A DNA stretch of 64,000 nt from Macrostomum hystrix. Its lineage: Eukaryota > Animalia > Platyhelminthes. The notes below the pieces were generated by a model that did not search any database, was not told the DNA's origin, and saw only the letters and a list, made by a program, of their open reading frames with translations. Below, piece after piece: positions 60,034 through 64,000 of this stretch (position 1 is the stretch's first letter; the number at the start of each line of letters is the position of its first letter). A program made the position numbers and the translations under genes. The stretch is taken from positions 5,952,001 to 6,016,000 of the forward strand of contig CATNEN010000007.1 of the NCBI GenBank assembly GCA_950097015.1. The letters are read 5' to 3'.

Positions 60034-60888
60034 ATGACGGCAGTGCCAGCAACCGCTGCGGCCAGCCAGCCGCTCATCTCTGACGCGTCGCAGCGCCGCC
60101 CCGTCCCCGACGATGAAGCCGATGAGCGCAGCAACAACGACCCTCTGGACGACGGGCCGGCATCAAGAGCCGAGCCCGATGCTGACGAAGACATGACGGA
60201 GGCTGAGGATGCTGACGAGGGACTTCGGGAGAATGGCTGTTGCGGCGAAGCTGATGAAGTGCCAGACGAGCAGCTCGACCTTCGCCTGCCGAAGCTGCGC
60301 CGAGCTGCAGAGGCGCCAGCCCAGCCGCCGTCGCCTCCACCGTCGCCGCTTCAGCAGCACCAGCAGAGGCAGCAGCTCATCCTACCGCATCAGCTGCAGA
60401 TGCCTCAACATTTGCGACAGAACCTGCCACCGCAGCCGATGCCGCCAACGTCGCTGCCGATGCCGCCGAGGGACTTTTTAGCCCAGCGGGAGTTCCTGCT
60501 AGCCCAGCAGGAGTTCTTTGCGCACCATCATCAGCAGCTGCTGGCCCGAGAGGCCGCCGCGGCTGCCGCAGCCGCCGCCGTCTCCGTGCCCTTCCTGCAC
60601 GCCAGGCCAGGAGGCCTGCCGCTGCCGCTGGGCCTTGGCCGCCCGCCGCCACAGCCGCCGCACCTATCGATGCCGCCGCCTCCTTCGTCGGCGTCCTCGC
60701 TAATGCCACCGACTTCGGTTGCGGCTGCTGCAATGCTCGGCCGGTCCGACTGCGAGGACGAGCCGCGCGACGGGACGCCAGAGAGCATGACGCCGCCGCC
60801 GTCGGAGAAGGGCGGCATCGGCGAAGACGGCACGCCGGACGGCAGCGAAGCAGGGCATCACTGGACCTTCGAGGAGCAGTTCAAACAG
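60034..60888 (+). CDS. dri: ARID3/dead ringer (retained) transcription factor, N-terminal coding exon; 3'-partial
   Basis: Acidic, Pro/Gln- and poly-Ala-rich N-terminus ending HHWTFEEQFKQ|gtgcga. This is the W(T/S)(F/Y)EEQFKQ motif that precedes the extended ARID domain in ARID3 proteins. I found no ARID exon in the rest of the window. A possible non-coding upstream exon ends at 59514 (caag|gtaggc). Confidence 0.8.
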
Positions 60889-63564
60889 GTGCGAGATTTG
60901 TTTTACTTTCAGCCTATTCCATATTGTTTATCATATAATTCGATAGCACATTAAGCTATTTAGTGTAGGTTTAGTTCTGCACTTTAAAATAGGCGAGCGA
61001 GGATCATAGGAGCATCTGCAGGGATCATTTCTGTTTCTGCAACCTAATTTGATGAATTCAAGGCATAAGTTTTCTTCTATGCAGTTATTAGCAAAGCGCA
61101 GACGCTGACTGCCGGATCACAATTAGGCTTGGCGGGCGCGCAGGCAGCTGTGGTTGTTGGGCAATGCGGCCCCGCTGCCTCTCTCAATGGCTTAGGGTAG
61201 TGTGGCCTAATTTGCCTTGTCTCTCAGGTCATGGAGATTGAAAGCCAGCGGGCCCAGCCGATAATTCGGATGCTAATTTCGGATCTAGATCCGACGCCTG
61301 TCGGCACATTCAACCATGGAGGTATATTTGACACGCGGATTTTGGCTGGAAACACACAGGAGAGAGAGAGAGCCGGGGAGGTCCAAGATCCCAACAGAAT
61401 CGGGGAGGGCGGGCCCTGCCAAATCTGGGCTGTGAAATCAGCAACTTGGGAACGCAAAGAGATCAGACAACCCAAGCTAGCGGCTGACTGGGGGTTCGAA
61501 AGATCCATCGAAACGACCGCCAAGGATTGGGAAGTTAGAAAGGCCAGAAGGGCGTGTTATTGCAGCATAACGCGACTCGGTAATTGGGATAATTCGCGCT
61601 GTAAATAATCCTACACCGCCAGTTTTCAGGGGAGGGGTGGGGGCGGGGCACCGCTCGATGCGAAGCCGAGCCCGAAGCCGTCGCCAGATCCCTGACTGAT
61701 CACTGCGGGCTAGCAGAAGTCTGCTACAAGTCCCGGGGAAAAACAGCCCTTTTTCACTTATCCTTCTCCGCTTCCGCACCCATCCCCACCCTTCCACTTC
61801 TTCCCCATGTCACACCTCCGCATCCCATATTCACGCGACCCGCTGGGAATGGAAAATAAATAAGATAATTATCTTGGTGAGGGGCGCCACCTCATCCTGA
61901 ATCCCATAGTATTTTTTGCTTTTCCTTGGCATTTCCTTCTGGCTCCCCCTGGCCTGGCTGGCAGAGTGATAATCTGTGTTTCTGGGGTCCTCGGCACCTC
62001 TGGTGGATAGGGATGTCACAAAGTCGAGCTCATGCAGCATCGGGTGCCGCGGCGGGGCGCGGGCGTCAAGCTGACCCGGAACCATGTAATGAGCCGATGC
62101 AGGGCCAAATGCGAACAACGACCACGCGGGGCCGATGATGCAGAACTCCCAGCAAGCGTGCCCGCCGCCATCAATATGGCATCCCCCCGCAATGCTTTTT
62201 GTGGAGAAGCTGCAGGCAGCTCAGCTGCAGCCGAAATCGCATGCGCAGAGGCGCAGGGGGCGGGGAGACGCGACCGCCGAGGCGTCTCTGCGGGGCCCGG
62301 CCGGATTATCCCTAGCCAGGGGGGGGGCGCCTAAATAATCCCAAACAATGAGGAGAAATTCCCCGCGATCCATTCCTACTCTTTTTTCTTCCCGCGCAAT
62401 GAAGCCTCTTCTTTAGTAAGTCGCTTTTTCTAAATTCTTTTTTTCACTCAAACAGAGACATTGTGAAAAAGCTGCCCGATCTCAACTACTGGAGCCCCTG
62501 CTCTTCAACTGCAGCAATTCTGCAAATAAATGGGAGAATTTGGAATAAAGAGAGGGGAGGGGAAAGCATCCCAATTCAGCCGCCGCAGCCACGCATGAGT
62601 GCTGAGCTAATCCCCTCACATCTCAGGCCCAGGTAAAAACAGATTTGCTCTTCCCATCCGCAATTCTTGTTCCCACTTGGTGCGGCGGCCATGCGCGACC
62701 CGCATTCATTGATTTTGCTGCTTGAATCTCCCAATCTCCCGATTCCCCAATTTCCTAATCTCCCAATTGCAGCCGCCCCTCAACCTGTGGGCCACCCGTT
62801 GCGCTTGCCTGATTCTTGAACAAATTCCACAACTTCAATCCGCATCGGGCAGGTGGCCGGGCGGGGGTTGTCCGGGGCGCCATCCAGCGCGATTCCCATG
62901 GCATGGAGATAGGCCGCCCACCTCACTCCTCGCCTCCTCACCCGCATTGTGATGCGGCCGGCCACTGCCGCCGACTTGCCGCCGCATTCCGCGCTGTCCC
63001 ACCGGACAAGAAATGCAAGAGGAAAATTGGCAAAATTGGCTTCAGCTTTGGGGGGGATTTCACCTCTCACTCATCCCGCGCCATCCATCTATTGATTGGG
63101 CACCCATGGGAAGCATTGCTAGCTAAAGCAAAATGGAATGCGGAAGCAATCTCGAATAGGTGAGCGGCACTCGTTCAATTGTGTCGGAGAGGCAGAGAGA
63201 CAAGGAGAGTTAATTGAAGCGGATTCCGATTGTCAGCGCTCAGGTATGTTATATGTCTAGATAAGGCCAGATAAGATGGCACGATCCATCCAGCTGGCTA
63301 ATCAGCTGCTGAGAGGCGCATCAAACTGCTTGGCAAGTTATGAACTGCGGCTGAAATGCCTTTTAAATTAGCTTAACAAAGACGGACAGTTGCAAGGCTG
63401 TGATGAGTGGAATTGGACAGATTTATGTCAGATATCAAGGATAGAGACAAAGAGATGAGCGAATAGTGGAGCCGTATGGAGTGAGCCATTGTCAATTTTT
63501 TATCTAAAGAGTATCGACTGACGGATAAGGTAAGAACGCGAGTGAAAAACAGAGTGACGGAAAG

Positions 63565-63628
63565 AAAGACAGAGACAAAGTAAGAGAGAGAGAGACAGAG
63601 AGAAGGACAGAGAGAGACAGAGAGAGAC

Positions 63629-63662
<34 letters not shown>

Positions 63663-64000
63663 GGGCAGAGAGAGACAGAGAGAAGGACAGAGAGAGACAG
63701 AGAGAAGGACAGAGAGAGACAGAGAGACAGAGAGAGAGAAGGACAGAGAGAGACAGAGAGACAGAGAGAGAAGGACAGAGAGAGACAGAGAGAGACAGAG
63801 GGAAGGGCAGAGAGACAGAGAGAGAGAAGGACAGAGAGAGACAGAGAGAGAAGGACAGAGAGACAGAGAGAGACAGAGTGAGAGAAAGACAGAGAGAGAC
63901 AGAGAGAGACAAGGAGAAGGACAGAGAGAGACAGAGAGAGACAGAGAGAGACAGAGAGAGACAGAGAGAGACAGAGAGAGACAGAGAGAGACAGAGAGAG
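63565..64000. repeat. Compound (GA)n/(GACA) microsatellite
   Basis: Read directly; runs to the window end. Confidence 0.95.

Overview
Eukaryotic (metazoan) genomic DNA with spliceosomal introns, GC-rich exons and many minisatellites. The style suggests a flatworm such as Macrostomum, but that is inference only. I reconstructed seven genes by hand from splice sites: a 5'-partial 5-HT1-like serotonin GPCR (+); an FMRFamide/peptide-receptor-like GPCR (-); a 5-exon NAD kinase (-); a cluster of three intact 10-exon, ~860-aa ionotropic glutamate receptor-family genes (A +, B +, C -); and the first coding exon of an ARID3/dead ringer transcription factor (+). The iGluR cluster is the most unusual part. 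All three keep a full N-terminal domain and a C-terminal PDZ motif, but the near-invariant SYTANLAAF gate is rewritten and carries basic residues. A and B lack the acidic ligand-binding residue and share a gene-conversion tract, and C uses two consecutive GC-AG introns. Non-coding DNA holds a 4.5-kb satellite with higher-order structure, intron-specific minisatellites, CORE-type tRNA SINEs, MITEs, a mariner relic with two nested insertions and a truncated RNase H LINE.
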